NCBI GenBank assembly: GCA_040954595.2 | Contig: CM082582.2 | Location: forward strand, 9,725,483 to 9,789,482 | Source of the DNA: Balanoglossus misakiensis | Taxonomy: Eukaryota; Animalia; Hemichordata | Direction of reading: 5' to 3' | Length of the DNA stretch: 64,000 nt | Shown: piece by piece, positions 11,801 to 24,463 of the stretch | Position numbering within the stretch: the stretch's first letter is position 1 | Layout of the letters: each line of letters starts with the position of its first letter | The notes under the pieces: generated by a model | Seen by the model: only the letters and a program-made list of their open reading frames with translations | What the model was told of the DNA's origin: nothing | Database searches by the model: none | Program-made: the position numbers and the translations under genes

Positions 11801-14800
11801 GAAAAAAAGACAAACCACTTCCATTCCTTCTGCTGGCGGAATGTCGTACTGCGTGCATTGAAATGCTATCGGAGCATGGCATGGCGAATATGCTTTAATT
11901 GTCTCTCAATAGCCACGGGTATGTGCGTAGACTGAGAGGTAATTGGGTCGCACAATGATCGGGTCCAATATGTCTGTACACACATCGTACTGGTGTGTGC
12001 AAACAATACTGGATCGCCTCATGCAGCATTGCAAACACTGGCTGGGGTTTCCCAGTCAACCTTTAAAAATCAGACAGTGACAAAATTTGAGGCTTTTTTA
12101 AAACAGTCTTTCTTTTCAAGAACCTCTGGGCTTACCTGCCATAGCCCAAGGCTGAACTTGTTGGAACAGAACCCCAGATGGCTCGCCAATCTACATCTCT
12201 TTGGAAAACAGAAGTTATAAAAATCAGGGTCCACACAGAACAGCAGTCTGCGTTTTTTTTACTCTGGTAACCTTCTAACTGTAGCACATTTGTCCATGTA
12301 AAAAATAGTATTATTGGGGTACCCCTTTGATTGCAGGAATGATCTGTGTGTTCAAAACACTCCCGGCCTTGCAATCGTGTTTGTTTATCAGTTCCCCACT
12401 CATCTCACTCTCCACAGTTTTGTTAAAAGCCGTAATTCCACGGTACTCGTCCCAGCCATTGTTGCGAACTTTAATCCGAATTCAAAGACCGTGATTTGCC
12501 CCCCGACTAATAGGATTCCAACCCCACAACGCCCTGTCCGTTCACTTCTCCGTCTAATTCCTTCAATGGCTTTACATCCACGCTACTTACAATGCAATTG
12601 TTGCATAATACTGAAGAAAGTGGACCTGTATATTGTTTCTATATATATAGGACTTTCTAAAAAAAGTAAACTTGCCTTGTTTGTCAACACCCAAACCTGC
12701 CTGGACAAGTTTGCGTTTTTCGCGTTTAGATTCTGTTTTCGCAGGTGCATCCTGTCCGCAAATCAGCCGTCACATTTCCTTGCAGTTCAGTGCCAGTGTT
12801 TTAAACCCCCCAATTCCTGTTGCAAATCATCAAAATCCGGATAACTTTGACAAATCCCAAGTGGATGAACTTCAGCTGAAAGCAATTCACATGTTTCTGT
12901 GCTCTCTGTACTTTTTGTTTTAATTTCCTGCCAAGAGGTTGACCCACCCACAAGCTCTTTTATTCCGCCATACTGCTATCCCCCTTCATTTAATTGTAAA
13001 CAAAACACCTTCGTATTAGGCCATTGTTTGCTTGTCCCAGTCAACAGCCGGGAAACATGCTTCAGTTTTTGAGTTCCGCTGAATTAACACTTTTAATTTT
13101 ACTTTTCCAAAGAATACCAGAGGCTGTGGTGGAATCCATATATGCTGTTTATCATGAGCAAAGTGACTGTGCCCTGCTTCCAAGATATTTAACATTTTAT
13201 AACCTCTGCATTCCTTCGAACTTACAACACTGCCCCCACTCTGATTGAGTGAAGATAGCCAGGCTGTATATCTGCTATTTTTTATGACGTTGTGTTTTTT
13301 TTTTTGCTCTATGCCAGAGGACCACTTCCACCATGGAATCAGTTGCCGTAAATTGTCGCCTCAATTATCTGAGGTCAAAGGTGACGCAACATCACGCTTA
13401 TGAAGAACTGGACGGCAATTTATGGCAGGGTTTCTGTTGCAGATTCAAGTGTTCACAATGGTGGTCTGCCATCAGCTACACACACCAGAACATTATGATG
13501 CATGTATGGAACACTGCATTTTACTGTTTCAGGATTTCACTGGGACCAGGGACTGGGTATATACGTAATGGAATAGCGTGTATTCTCATTAGAAACCGTG
13601 GATCTGCGTATTAGAACCTGTTACCACTCCTCATAAATCAGAAGTTTCCATCACACTTTTTTAACCTTTGTCCAGAAATGCAGACTGACCTGTGCAGGCT
13701 CCACTAAGCAAACATGCCAACCTGCAGACACCATAAAAAGACCTGACCGACACAAACACACACACATACACACAGGACTACTATACTTCAGAATAATTGT
13801 GACATATTTTCAGCCGGCAGTTCACACTTCACAAGTGCGTCGAAGGTCATTTTTGCCAAGGCCGTGTCAACAGAATTGCCTAGCACCCAAACTATGTCAC
13901 TGCCCCAATGGAACCGCTTGCCAAACACTTCTGGCCAACAGGGACAGTTCACAGGTGTTTTGTGTGTCTATACAATGTATGCTGTCAGTGCCCTCAGCCT
14001 CTGTGTCTATATTACGACTCACACCAGCCACCCTGCAATGAAGACAGCTTCTAACCCTTTCACCTCCATGGTTCAGTCCAAACCCATCGTTGTCTGTGGT
14101 TGGGTTGGATGGCAATCTTCATAGTTTCCTGAGAAATGGCCATTATTTTTGTTCCACTTTTCAACACATACATCTACATGTATTGACTTGGGTGAGACTA
14201 AAACGAAGGAAACCGAAGGAAACCGAAGGAAACTGAAGGACACTGTTTTTTCCATATTTTAGTGCGAATGAAATGGTTTTCTCTGTGCTGGTGGCCGAAG
14301 GACTGGTTTAGCTTCGAATTAAACGCCGAAGGAAACCGAAGGACGCTGATTTATCCATATTTAAGTGCGAAGGACACGGTTTTCTGTATGCTGGTGGCCG
14401 AAGGACTGGTTTAGTTCGGTAATTAATTATGCTGGTGGCCGAAGGACAGGTTTAGTTCGGTAATTAAAGCCGAAGGACGGGTGTAGCTCCGTAATTTTGG
14501 CCGAAGGAAACCGAAGGACACTGATTTATCCATATTTTAGTGCGAAGGAAACGGTTTTCTGTTTGCTGGGGGCCGAAGGACAGGTTTAGCTTCGTATAAA
14601 AGGCCGAAGGAAAGCGAAGGACACTGATTTATCCATATTTTAGTGCGAAGGACACGGTTTTATGTATGCTAGAGGCCGAAGGACGGGTTTAGCTTCGTAT
14701 AAAAGGCCGAAGGAAAGCGAAGGACGCTGATTTATCCATATTTTAGTGCGAAGGACACGGTTTTCTGTATGCTGGGGGCCGAAGGACAAGTTTAGCTCAG

Positions 14801-17800
14801 TAATTATCGCCGAAGGACAAGTGTAGCTCCGTAATTTAGGCCGAAGGAAAGCGAATGACGCTCATATCTCCATATTTTAGGGCGAAGGGAAGCCAGTAAG
14901 GTGCGGAATTGCGTTTTATCGTTTTTAGAAAGTTTAGCTACAAGTGTAGAAAGCTAAATTAGCTGTAGCTAAATAGTTCTAAACTATCTAAGTTTTAAGG
15001 ATAATTATCACTACGATAATTATCGCTTTCTAAATATCGTTCTAAATTTATAAATTAGCCACAGTTTAGAAAGCCCCCCCCCCCGACTAAAATTTTCTGC
15101 CGACGATATAAGTGCTGTATTTCCATTCCAATATTTGCGGAATTTTCATGTATGATTTCAATTGGTGCATTTCAATTTCAATATGGGAGAATGTTGGGAA
15201 TCGTATATTGCCCAAATCAAGCCTTATCTCAAAACTCCTCTCAGTTTATTGAGATATGGGCTTTGTTTGTATGACGCCATTGTTCTGTGCAACGACTGAA
15301 GTCTCAGGTTAATCAATGTCTTAACACCATTGTTCTACCATTATGAGGTGTTGTAAAATGTCAGAGTTAGAACTTCGGCTATATATACTGTTAAAATAAA
15401 ACAAAGATCACATTTGACTTCCCACCGAAGTACTGGCCATCCCGTCTCTCTCTTCATTCCGAGCCTACTTCCAAAGTGTACGCCGTACATTTGTAAACGC
15501 CCAAGTAGTCCAACTTTCTAAACTGCTGCTAGTTTAGAAAGTTTAGAACGATATTTAGAAAGTGATAATTATCTTGAAAAAAGCCGTGTTTATCATTATT
15601 AGCTAAATTAGCTTCCTTAGACAATACATGTAGTTTAGAAATGCCCCTTCAATAAGACACAATTCCGCACCTAACTCAGGAGAGCGAAGGACAGTGATTC
15701 TCCATATTTTAGGGAGAAGGACATTAGTATCCATCTCTCTGTATCTCGGAACTAGGATATCAATAGTGTGATCTTGTGTTGAGATCGTTTTTTGTCAGTT
15801 GTTTTTCATTTCCAGTTCATGGAACGTAATGTCGGCTATTCCCGGTGAAGCATTTGAGCCCACGGTACAACTGCATGTTTGCTTGTAGAATTTGTTGTTT
15901 AATTCAAAAGTATTGTTACGTAGAATTAGTGATAGCATTTCCATGAGGTATGTTTGTTTAGATTTGTTTCGTGTAAACATGACACTCTACTTAAGATCTC
16001 GACATTGATATCAGTAACTCTGGTCAGACGTGTACTAGCTGACGCCAAGTCTCTGATAATCGTGAGAGAATCTAGTCCTTCGCCCTAAAATATGGAAATA
16101 TGACTGTCCTTCCTTTTCCTTCGCCCTAAAAAATGGAAATATGACTGTCCTTCGCTTCCCTTCGCCCTAAATTACTGAGCTACACCTGTCCTTCGGCCTC
16201 TAGCATACAGAAAACCTCGTCCTTCGGCCGAAAATAGGGATAAATCAGCGTCCTTCGGTTTCCTTCGCCCTAAATTACGGAGCTACACCCGTCCTTAAGC
16301 TTTAATTACCGAACTAAACCAGTCCTTCGGCCCCCAGCATACAGAAAACCACGTCCTTCGCACTGAAATACGGATAAATCAGCGTCCTTCGCTTTCCTTC
16401 GGCCAAAATTACGGAGCTACACCTGTCCTTCGGCGTTTAATTCGAAGCTAAACCAGTCCTTCGGCCTCTAGCATACAGAAAACCGTGTCCTTCGCACTAA
16501 AATATGGAAAAATCAGTGTCCTTCGGTTTCCTTCGGTTTCCTTCGTTTTAGGTTATGCTTATTGACTTTCTATCAGACCCCTAATGCCAGGTCACTCAAG
16601 TGCCTCCCCCTGACTAAGAAGCCAAGCCAAGCCTGTCTCAAATGGGCAAGCTTGGTACTGCCAGAAGGCTATATTCTGTTCCTATCGGAGTCTGACTGGC
16701 TTGTGGGAGTTATTGGAGAGCTCGGAGAACCGGACCAGTGTAGCAGAACTTGGGGCTGATGGACCAAGTACCCGCCTCCCCAACAAAAAAATCGAACCTG
16801 AACTGTGCATTTACAGATTACCAAACACCATGAATTAATTATCAGTATGATGTAAGCTCTGTAACAATGCACAGGATCTGTGTCTATCAAAAGTTATTGT
16901 ACCACAGGGACACCCTGAAAAGAAAGACAAAGGTGCCTGATTGTCAATTATTGGCCATGGGGGGATCACCAACCATTCCTTGACTGGATTTATGAGAAGG
17001 TGTTTATTTTTTACTGTTGGGCGCCAACAGTAATGTTGTCATTAGACCTTTTATAACTGTTTGACATAACATTAGCACATTGTCTTAAATACACAATGGG
17101 GACCACTTGGGCTCAAATTAATGTGCTATCATAGAACTGACATTAGCTGTTATGGCAAAACATTTAATCAAGTGCAATAATTGTTGATAATTATTATTTC
17201 TGGTGTGCGAGATTAATGTGATTGTGGTCATAGGTGTGTGGTGTATCTCACACGCAAAGTTTGGTGGGTCTTGCTATGGTCTGATTTTGCCTTTGCTGGT
17301 ATGTTTGCTTTGGCCAATCGGACCACTTGATTTCCCTGGTACTGGTCTTCCCTCATTTGGATGTCAAAAAGCCCATGCCTCAGTTCTCTATTTAGCCAGG
17401 CCAGGTGGAGAGTCTTGTCATTCTTAATAACTTCGTTTCTGATATATTTATGCGAGTGTCTTCTCTTAACTACTGTCACGACACTAGAAATCATTTCTGT
17501 TGCGCTCTGAAGTCCGTGCGCGCGTACCATGTATGTTTCATTCTCACGCGTACGCGCGCGCGTCCTACTTTTGGTTTCAAGTTTGTAAAAACCGCACCAT
17601 TTACTTTGCAGAGAACCCAAGCAAAACAGTAATCAGGCAGAAGTTTATCCGCTCCGGTACACTTCGTACACACAATAGTTTTGTCAACCAAAATGGTCAT
17701 GCGAGAATTTTAATTCTGGATTGTTTCAGAATTAGTTACCGCATGTTAGTTTTGAGCCTTGTCCATTTCTAGTCACTCAGCTTACAACTACACGGGGAAT

Positions 17801-18392
17801 TCTTAAACAGGGTGTAATCGAAATGTCACGTTCCGATCAGCTCGATTCGGGTCAAGCAGTTTTATAGGAGCTGTGCGAGTACGTCGAGTGGGCATTCACA
17901 CGATATGGTCATTTCTTGTCTGCTAGCTTTTGTCCCGACTTTTTGCCTAGGCGCCTTGTCCCTTTCAAAGCCCGAACAAACAAGCGCAGAAAATTGTGTG
18001 CATTTCGAGGCGGAGCGGTTAACCTTGCATTAGCTTAAAAATACGCTTTCAAGTTCGCGAAGCGAGAGATCACACACCTGGGTTGAGAGGGAAAACAGCA
18101 GTACTTGAAGTTTGTATGACACTGACAATTAAACTTTTAAAGCGACTTATACTTGTGGAAAATGCAAAAGTACATCTTAAACTTCGGCAAATATAGATGT
18201 TCGCTCAGGTGTACAGTTTCAGATCTTGCGGACATTCTTTGCGATGTGCTGAAACGGTACTTGACAATACGTATCAATTAAACATTTCGGGGTCATTCAT
18301 GCAAACTCACCTTTGGCGACGACAGGAAGTCTGCAGGTGAAACAAGTCAAGACCACTGCCAGCAAAACGATCGGTGAACTTTTCAGCTCCAT
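5839..18392 (-). CDS. Secreted beta-lactamase-family (class C/AmpC-like serine hydrolase) protein with C-terminal polyglycine-hydrolase-like (BTRD1-type) repeats; ~704 aa; exons 18392-18311 and 7871-5839
   Basis: Exon 1 MELKSSPIVLLAVVLTCFTCRLPVVAK+G|GTGAGT (phase 1) joins TTTCAG|AC-CTT-GAT-CTC-ATG in frame with the 673-aa ORF. Motifs SMSK (7668-7657), LLQHTGG, YSN (7299-7291), WWQTG; about five ~50-aa repeats such as WIAHAQLSVPQLKEE...YIPKIIVGYEIEGRPYFAAMWTK. Confidence 0.85.
14894..15677. mobile_element. Nested non-autonomous TIR element (hAT-like) inside the foldback
   Basis: CAGTAAGGTGCGGAATTGCGTTTT versus the reverse complement of AAGACACAATTCCGCACCTAACTC; flanks AGGGAAGC / AGGAGAGC (6/8, decayed 8-bp TSD); internal inverted TTTAGAA/TAGCTAAA motifs. 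Confidence 0.6.
15795..15980 (-). pseudogene. Penelope-like retroelement reverse transcriptase fragment
   Basis: LILRNNTFELNNKFYKQTCSCTVGSNASPGIADITFHELE resembles the PLE RT motif NYFEFNGKFYKQ..G.AMGS..SP.IA...M..LE. Confidence 0.7.
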
Positions 18393-19187
18393 GACAACGG
18401 TTTGGCGAACGTCTCCAAGAGATCTCGCCTAAACTATATACTTGTATCCCGCTTTTTATACAGCGCGACTGTCGATCACGGACTAACACTAAGTAAAGTT
18501 ATTCAGTCGCAGCTGACCGCTTTGGTGGTGCGATGATCGATCGCCAACACAGAACACCGCCGCAAAACTGCGTACACTTTGAAGCCCTTTAGAAAAGTCC
18601 CACGAATGAAGTTGTATCTTCCAGTCACGTGGTATTATTTACACTCGTGGCTTCTATGCAGGGGAAAAGGACACACTTCACATACCAAGATACAAAATAC
18701 ACGTGGATTTATATTATTAAAAACTGCAGTAGAGGAATAAGCGTCAAAGATTCTATGTGTGAATACCCAGGATAGCGCGCGTCTTGTGGGCTTTTGTCCA
18801 CCACGTACATTGGTATCAACCTCCGGAAATAATGGTATCGCCCAAGCTGAAACGATTCAGCTTTGTAATGTACATGTACTAACTGTACTACAGTAGGCTA
18901 TAGTCGGCAAACTAACTTCGCTTAATTTTACTGAAACTCCTTCTGCACTGACACGCGCTCTCTTTGCGAATAAAATCGCGTATATACTGGTAAACGGAAG
19001 CCTGCGTGCAAGGCAGGGAATTACACCAGACGCCAAGCGTGAAGTATTCACTATCAAGTTTCTCCGGGTCACACCTTTGACACCCGGCTGGTACAGAGAT
19101 AACGAGGGGGAATATGCGATGAAGTGAAAAATATGTCGCTCTGTTCGTGTTTTACGTATATTAAAACACCACCACCACCTCCCCACC

Positions 19188-19243
19188 AATCATCATCATC
19201 ATCATCGTCGTCGTCGTCGTCATCATCATCATCATCATCATCA
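19188..19243. repeat. (ATC)n/(GTC)n trinucleotide microsatellite
   Basis: Direct reading; accounts for the spurious poly-Asp ORF. Confidence 0.9.
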
Positions 19244-21909
19244 ATGGGCATAATCTATCAGTTATACCAAATATAAATGAAACAAAAATATATTAGTTGC
19301 TGTGGTACATGTATTTTAATTACACATACAATAAATATAAAGTACCGAGTACAGTTGCAGGCACGTTTCCACATTTGTCAAAGAATGGAATGACAAACAG
19401 CTTAAAACGTGTTTGTCGGACTGTCCTTGGCCCATACAATAGTAAAAGCTGACTTAAGGCGGTTTGTTTGGACTTAGAATGATTACCGCAAGATGATCAA
19501 TTCCTCTTCATGGGGTAACTGCATGTTTTTTCATAGTAAAAACATTTGTCATAAAGGCATGGTGTATGGATTCTATCCCATGATGCTTTGTGACTCCCAT
19601 CACACGCACCGGCACTCAGTAAGCTCTACCAACCCAAGGTGGCTGTGGAAGATCTTAGGTGCTCGTTCTTAATTGCTCCTGCAGTTTTTTGCATCTTCCA
19701 TAGATTGCATGGACAAGTCTGTGTCCTTGGCGTGTGCTATTGGGTTACAGGCAAATTTAAACTAGTATCAGAAGCTGGGATTAGAACTTCTAGAATAAAC
19801 AGTGTGAAGGGTATGATATGATAGCGATTAAAGCCAGCCAAGGCATATACAAGCAAAGTCAGATGGTGTACATGTGGTAATGTCAGTTAAGTACAGAAAC
19901 TTGAAGTGAGATCCGAAGATCAAACAGGTTAACATAGATTAGGAATCCAAATGAAGGACAGTCAACTTCAGCATTGTGTACACAGACCCTCACCTTCTTT
20001 TGCACTCAGACATGCTCACCATTTCTCTTCCAAGGATGAAGTTCTTCACTATGTTTTTTTGTGTATTGGTAAAAGGCACTTTAAGCCATTTCTGTATATT
20101 TTATTTTTCAAGGAGTTGGTGTTCTGGTGTAGTTTTTGAAGACGTCCAACTGTTTTATTCACTTAAAACAAGATTTTGTCTTTTATAGGAGATTAAATCT
20201 AAGTGAGCTTTTCATGGCCATTCGGGTTTCCTGTGTGGATATCTGTGATGGTAAAACTTCAACTTCACCAAAGAGAAAATAGACATTAAAGTGAAATCGT
20301 CTTGGGTATGGTGCCACCTGTCAGAAATATGACATTGGCATTAAAATTCTGTGGATGCTTCTAAATATGGAGGGTGATCTCCAAAGATTAACTGATGGTG
20401 TCCAATTCATGAAAAAACATGATATCAAATGACAGATAATGCACACTTGTGCTTGGTCCGTTCATGGTCTCAAAAGCCAATATGAGAGTGGTAAAATTGC
20501 ATATGACTATGCATTGTATATTGATGTCAGGAGACAGTGACTGTCCCTTTAACTGATGCACACACACAATGACATGTCTTCATACCCAACCAAGCAGTTC
20601 TTAAACTATTGTATACTAGTCTCCAAGTTCGGTAACCGAGCTATGTCAAACATTACAGTTTTTGGAGTGGTTCCTCTTCACATGCAACAACATGTCTTAA
20701 AGACCCCCTCCCCTCCAAAAATATACATACTTTAGAAAGATTGACAGCTTTAGTCCCTACTGATATACTGAGAAAACGTTTCTCATGATGAAGGCTTAAT
20801 AGCTGGGGTCCCTCTAAATGTACGTTAAGATTTGTATATTTCTTTTTGCAAGAGAGGTCATGGTCTTCTCACCAAGGAGTTGAATTTAGCACAGTCAGCA
20901 CTTAACCCAAATGTGAAAATTGTTTGGATTGAAGAAATGATGCAGATTTGTAGCTAGATGTTATTTTAGTGGTGTGCCCGAGGAGCAGGGTCTGAGTGTT
21001 AAGTGAGTTCAATGTTTAGTCAGGGCCTGGTGTAGATTTCCCTTGTTTCAATATGTTAGCAAAAGCCCTCTCTCCCATTACTCAGTCGCTTTTATATTTG
21101 GAAGTGTGATTATACAGGTATGCCATAAAATAGGAATTCTTCTGAATTCAATTCCATCTATAATCAGGTGAATTTTTTTTCTCAATATCATGACATGAAA
21201 CATCATTCTTTCTTCATCAAGAATTGCAGAAAAAATGGCAGTGACGATAATTGAACAATTTTGGAGCTATGTCAATAATGTGGTAATGGGATCAGTAACC
21301 CCACTGGTGTTTTTAGCTTTGCATGCGGAGTAAATTGGTCCATAATTGGTGTGTTGTGAATTCAAGTAGAAATTTTCAATGTCCTCTCAAATTGCACTTT
21401 ATGGTTGAGTGCTACGCTTAGCGGTGGTTATGTACTTCGTAGGAAATAGCAGGGGGTTAGTCATGTTAGTACTTAGTCTGACAGCAATACACATATTGAC
21501 TGGTCATTGGGGAAATACCACTGGCTACCTGAGGAATTTCGAGTTACCTATTTTTTGCTCCAGATTGTGTGGCTGTTTGGACAAACTTTCCACAATCTCC
21601 CAGTAGCATTTCTCTGATGTAACGGATGCCATGGAATTCTTCGAAATGTACTTTCCGGAAATTACAAACCGGAACATATGGCCTTGCACTTGAAGGTTTC
21701 ATGTCACAAGGGGAAATCAAGTGAATTGATGGGAAGCGAACTATGAAAGATCCATTGTGTTTTAATAGAAAAAAAAGAGTTTCTGATTTCAGAATGTGGG
21801 GGTTTTTGGCTGTTCGGTTTCTCGTGTTCACACGTCCTGAGTTAAAGTAACCTGAACTAGACTTTGAATACATGTAACGGTCTTGTTTCATTTCCACTTC
21901 AGATTCAGG

Positions 21910-24463
21910 ATGGGCAAAGCTGGTAAACAACGTGGCAAACAGAACAAGCCAGGTCATGAGAAAAGTGGCAGTGGACATCAGAAGGCATTCAAAGTGACGA
22001 ATATCAAAGCCATGAAATCCAAGAACAAAACGAAACCTGTTTCAACGAATTTGAAAAAGGTAAATGTCAGCCAGTCTAGAGTGGACTTTTCCTGTTTTAA
22101 ACCCTGAAATCAAAAGGGATCGATTCCAGACTGCAAATGTTACTAAGACATTTTGAACATGAATCTGGCCAGAACAAAGTCGCCCATGAAGTTGATAATG
22201 TCTGCATACCTCCAGGCTTGACAATGATATTGACTGTGTAGTGGAAATCTACACGCAAGTGTGTCAAAGCTATTAGCCAAATAACTTTTACAGTCTGTGC
22301 AAAACCATCAGAGTCATCTGTCAACTGCCTGGAGGTGTCAGAGCGATCAGGTCATGCAGAAGGGATTGCGAGTACCAGAAGTTAAAATAACAAAGTCTGA
22401 GAGATCCCTTCCATCTTGTCCGATTAAATTATGAGTGGGACGCTCCAATTTAAATTGAGTGGAAATCCAACAGTGGTGGTGGATGGTGGCAGTGTTATAG
22501 GGAAAATGGAAGGAAGATATTATTAGTCACGTAATAACAGTAAAAATACGCGTTCATACGTTTATTTCTATGGCCGTTTTCATTATTAATTTCATGATTC
22601 CTCCATATTACTTTTCACAGTTAAATTTCCAAACAAGGAGTGAGGTCAGTAAGAATGATGTCACATACAAACAACTTCAATCAGAGCTACAAGCTGCAAA
22701 GATGATCAAACAAACCAAGCAGACAGTTCAAAAACAGGTACAGAGCAATATTAAACCTCTTATTGTCACTCGGTCTATCTCACATACACATGCACTTCAG
22801 TTCTCGTCATCCCCACATACTCAACCACTCACCCAACGGCCAAACACAAACACATTCCCCTAAACTTAACACCAGTTTGATAATCAGCAAAGGTAACTTT
22901 AACCAAGCCTTGTTTATTTGTGTGGCCACACTATAAGGTCAGAGTCTGGATCACGGAGACAGGATCCAGGATCAAGACTTTTTCTCCGATTGCCGAAAAG
23001 AATGTATTTCCACAAGCCAAAATCATGGAAAAAGTCATGCCGATTATTTCAGTGTTTATGTCTCAGCTGTGACTGATTGTAACAGTGTGCCTGTGAAAAG
23101 AAACTATTTGTTGTTCTAACTCCAGGCTGTATTGGTAGCCTGCACGAAATGTTCCCATTTGTGATTGTGAAATGTAACAAAGTGGATTTGCAGTGAAGAT
23201 GTATAAAGAAATACGAACTCACATGTAGGGTGGTGGGTGTGGTGACAATGCACGTAGACAAAGTCAGTTCAAGCCTGTGAAATCTTTCCGCCTCATTTTC
23301 TGTCAGGGCTAAGCCCGGTGGATTCTGTTACAGCAAAGGGGAAAAGACAAGGGATTTACTTTAAGAAGTGATCAATTATCCATCAGCGTCAAAATAAAGA
23401 TGATAATGGCACCCTTCACAGTCTACTTAATGCAGTCAGTTTGGCCTGTAACTTGTTTTATTGGTACTTTAGGACAATTCAGGCAGACGTTTTTACCAGA
23501 CGTTTTTCTTGCTAAGAGCTGGCTGTACTGCATCTGCATCCATCGGATAATTCTGACTTGACTCTCAGAATAATGAGGGTTTTACATCACATTACAGGAG
23601 TGCAGCTGGGTAACTTCATTCCTTGAATTTGTCTGTTGCTATTTAATGGAACTGTCTTGCTTTTTAGTGGTTATTAGTCGACCTCAGTCTGGTATATGAC
23701 GTTGTCTGTATATAAAAGCTCATCTGGTCCTGTTCTGTTCTGGTTGATGTCTGTGACAGTGTCTCAAGACTCATCAGTCTGTCTATCTGGCCCTATTACA
23801 AATGTCGAAGTCTCTGTTCTGTTTTGAAAGTGGACTAATTTGTATGACCTGTGTGTGACCTGTCGTACATCCTGGCACTTTGGCTGTTGTTGTGAGAGTC
23901 CATGTTTGGTTTCAGACTTGCCCGGTCATCCGTGCTGCTCTGCGACCACCATCTTTCAATAAAATAAAATTCCATTCCTTCTGATCACCAAAGCAAAAAC
24001 ATTGTTTGTTGTACGTCCATTTGCCAAAGAACAACAAATATACTTGGGTGACAGGTATTCCAAGGCTAAGAAAAGTGGTCAGCTCTCATCACCCCCCCCC
24101 CCCCCCCCCCTCACCACCACCACCGACACAGAAAAAGAATGCTTAATCTTCTGGTGCGGGCTTGTATGCATTGATCACATCAGTGTTGCCTCGTCCTCAG
24201 AGGATATTGAGTAACTCCTTGCCAAGTGTTGCAATTTGGATGAAACCTTGGCGGTGAAATCTGATGTGGGCGTATCGCTTACTGGGGTTGGGCCTGAGCG
24301 GTATATTTCATGGCTATCACCTGATGACCTGTTTGTATACTCCAGTCTGATATTGTACATGTTCTGTTCCATTTCACAGAAACTCACGGCTAACAAGAGT
24401 GCCGAAGCGGAGAGACCACCAGTAGACATGGACACAACCGCCAAAAAGTTCTCCTTACTCTGA
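21910..24463 (+). CDS. RBIS: Ribosomal biogenesis factor RBIS/C8orf59 homolog, 116 aa; exons 21910-22059, 22621-22737, 24380-24463
   Basis: Phase-0 GT-AG joins give MGKAGK...FKVTNIKAMKSKNKTKPVSTNLKKLN...YKQLQSEL...PPVDMDTTAKKFSLL*, matching the RBIS pattern (KAKNKAKPVTTNLKKIN...PVNVDEATRLMALL); AATAAA at ~24475. Confidence 0.85.

Larger units (their letters stand above)
14190..16559. mobile_element. Foldback/MULE-like element with inverted tandem-repeat arms and a 9-bp TSD, inside the beta-lactamase gene intron
   Basis: TATTGACTT at 14181-14189 and 16560-16568; left arm of CCGAAGGA-rich subrepeats (to ~14890) mirrored by a TCCTTCGG-rich right arm (~16075-16550); termini share CTAAAACGAAGGAAACCGAAGG. 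Confidence 0.85.

Noticed and set aside
14198-14890. CRISPR-like look of recurring CCGAAGGA motifs
   Set aside because: The intervening sequences are themselves repeated, there are no cas genes and the context is eukaryotic; it is a foldback arm
19069-19251. Poly-Asp ORF
   Set aside because: Translation of a trinucleotide microsatellite
20935-20996. Possible box C/D snoRNA upstream of the RBIS coding exons
   Set aside because: Imperfect C box, no terminal stem and no recognisable rRNA guide
23326-24053. Possible solo LTR in RBIS intron (TGTTAC...GTGACA, TATATAAAAG, AATAAA)
   Set aside because: No matching target-site duplication could be found, so boundaries are unsupported
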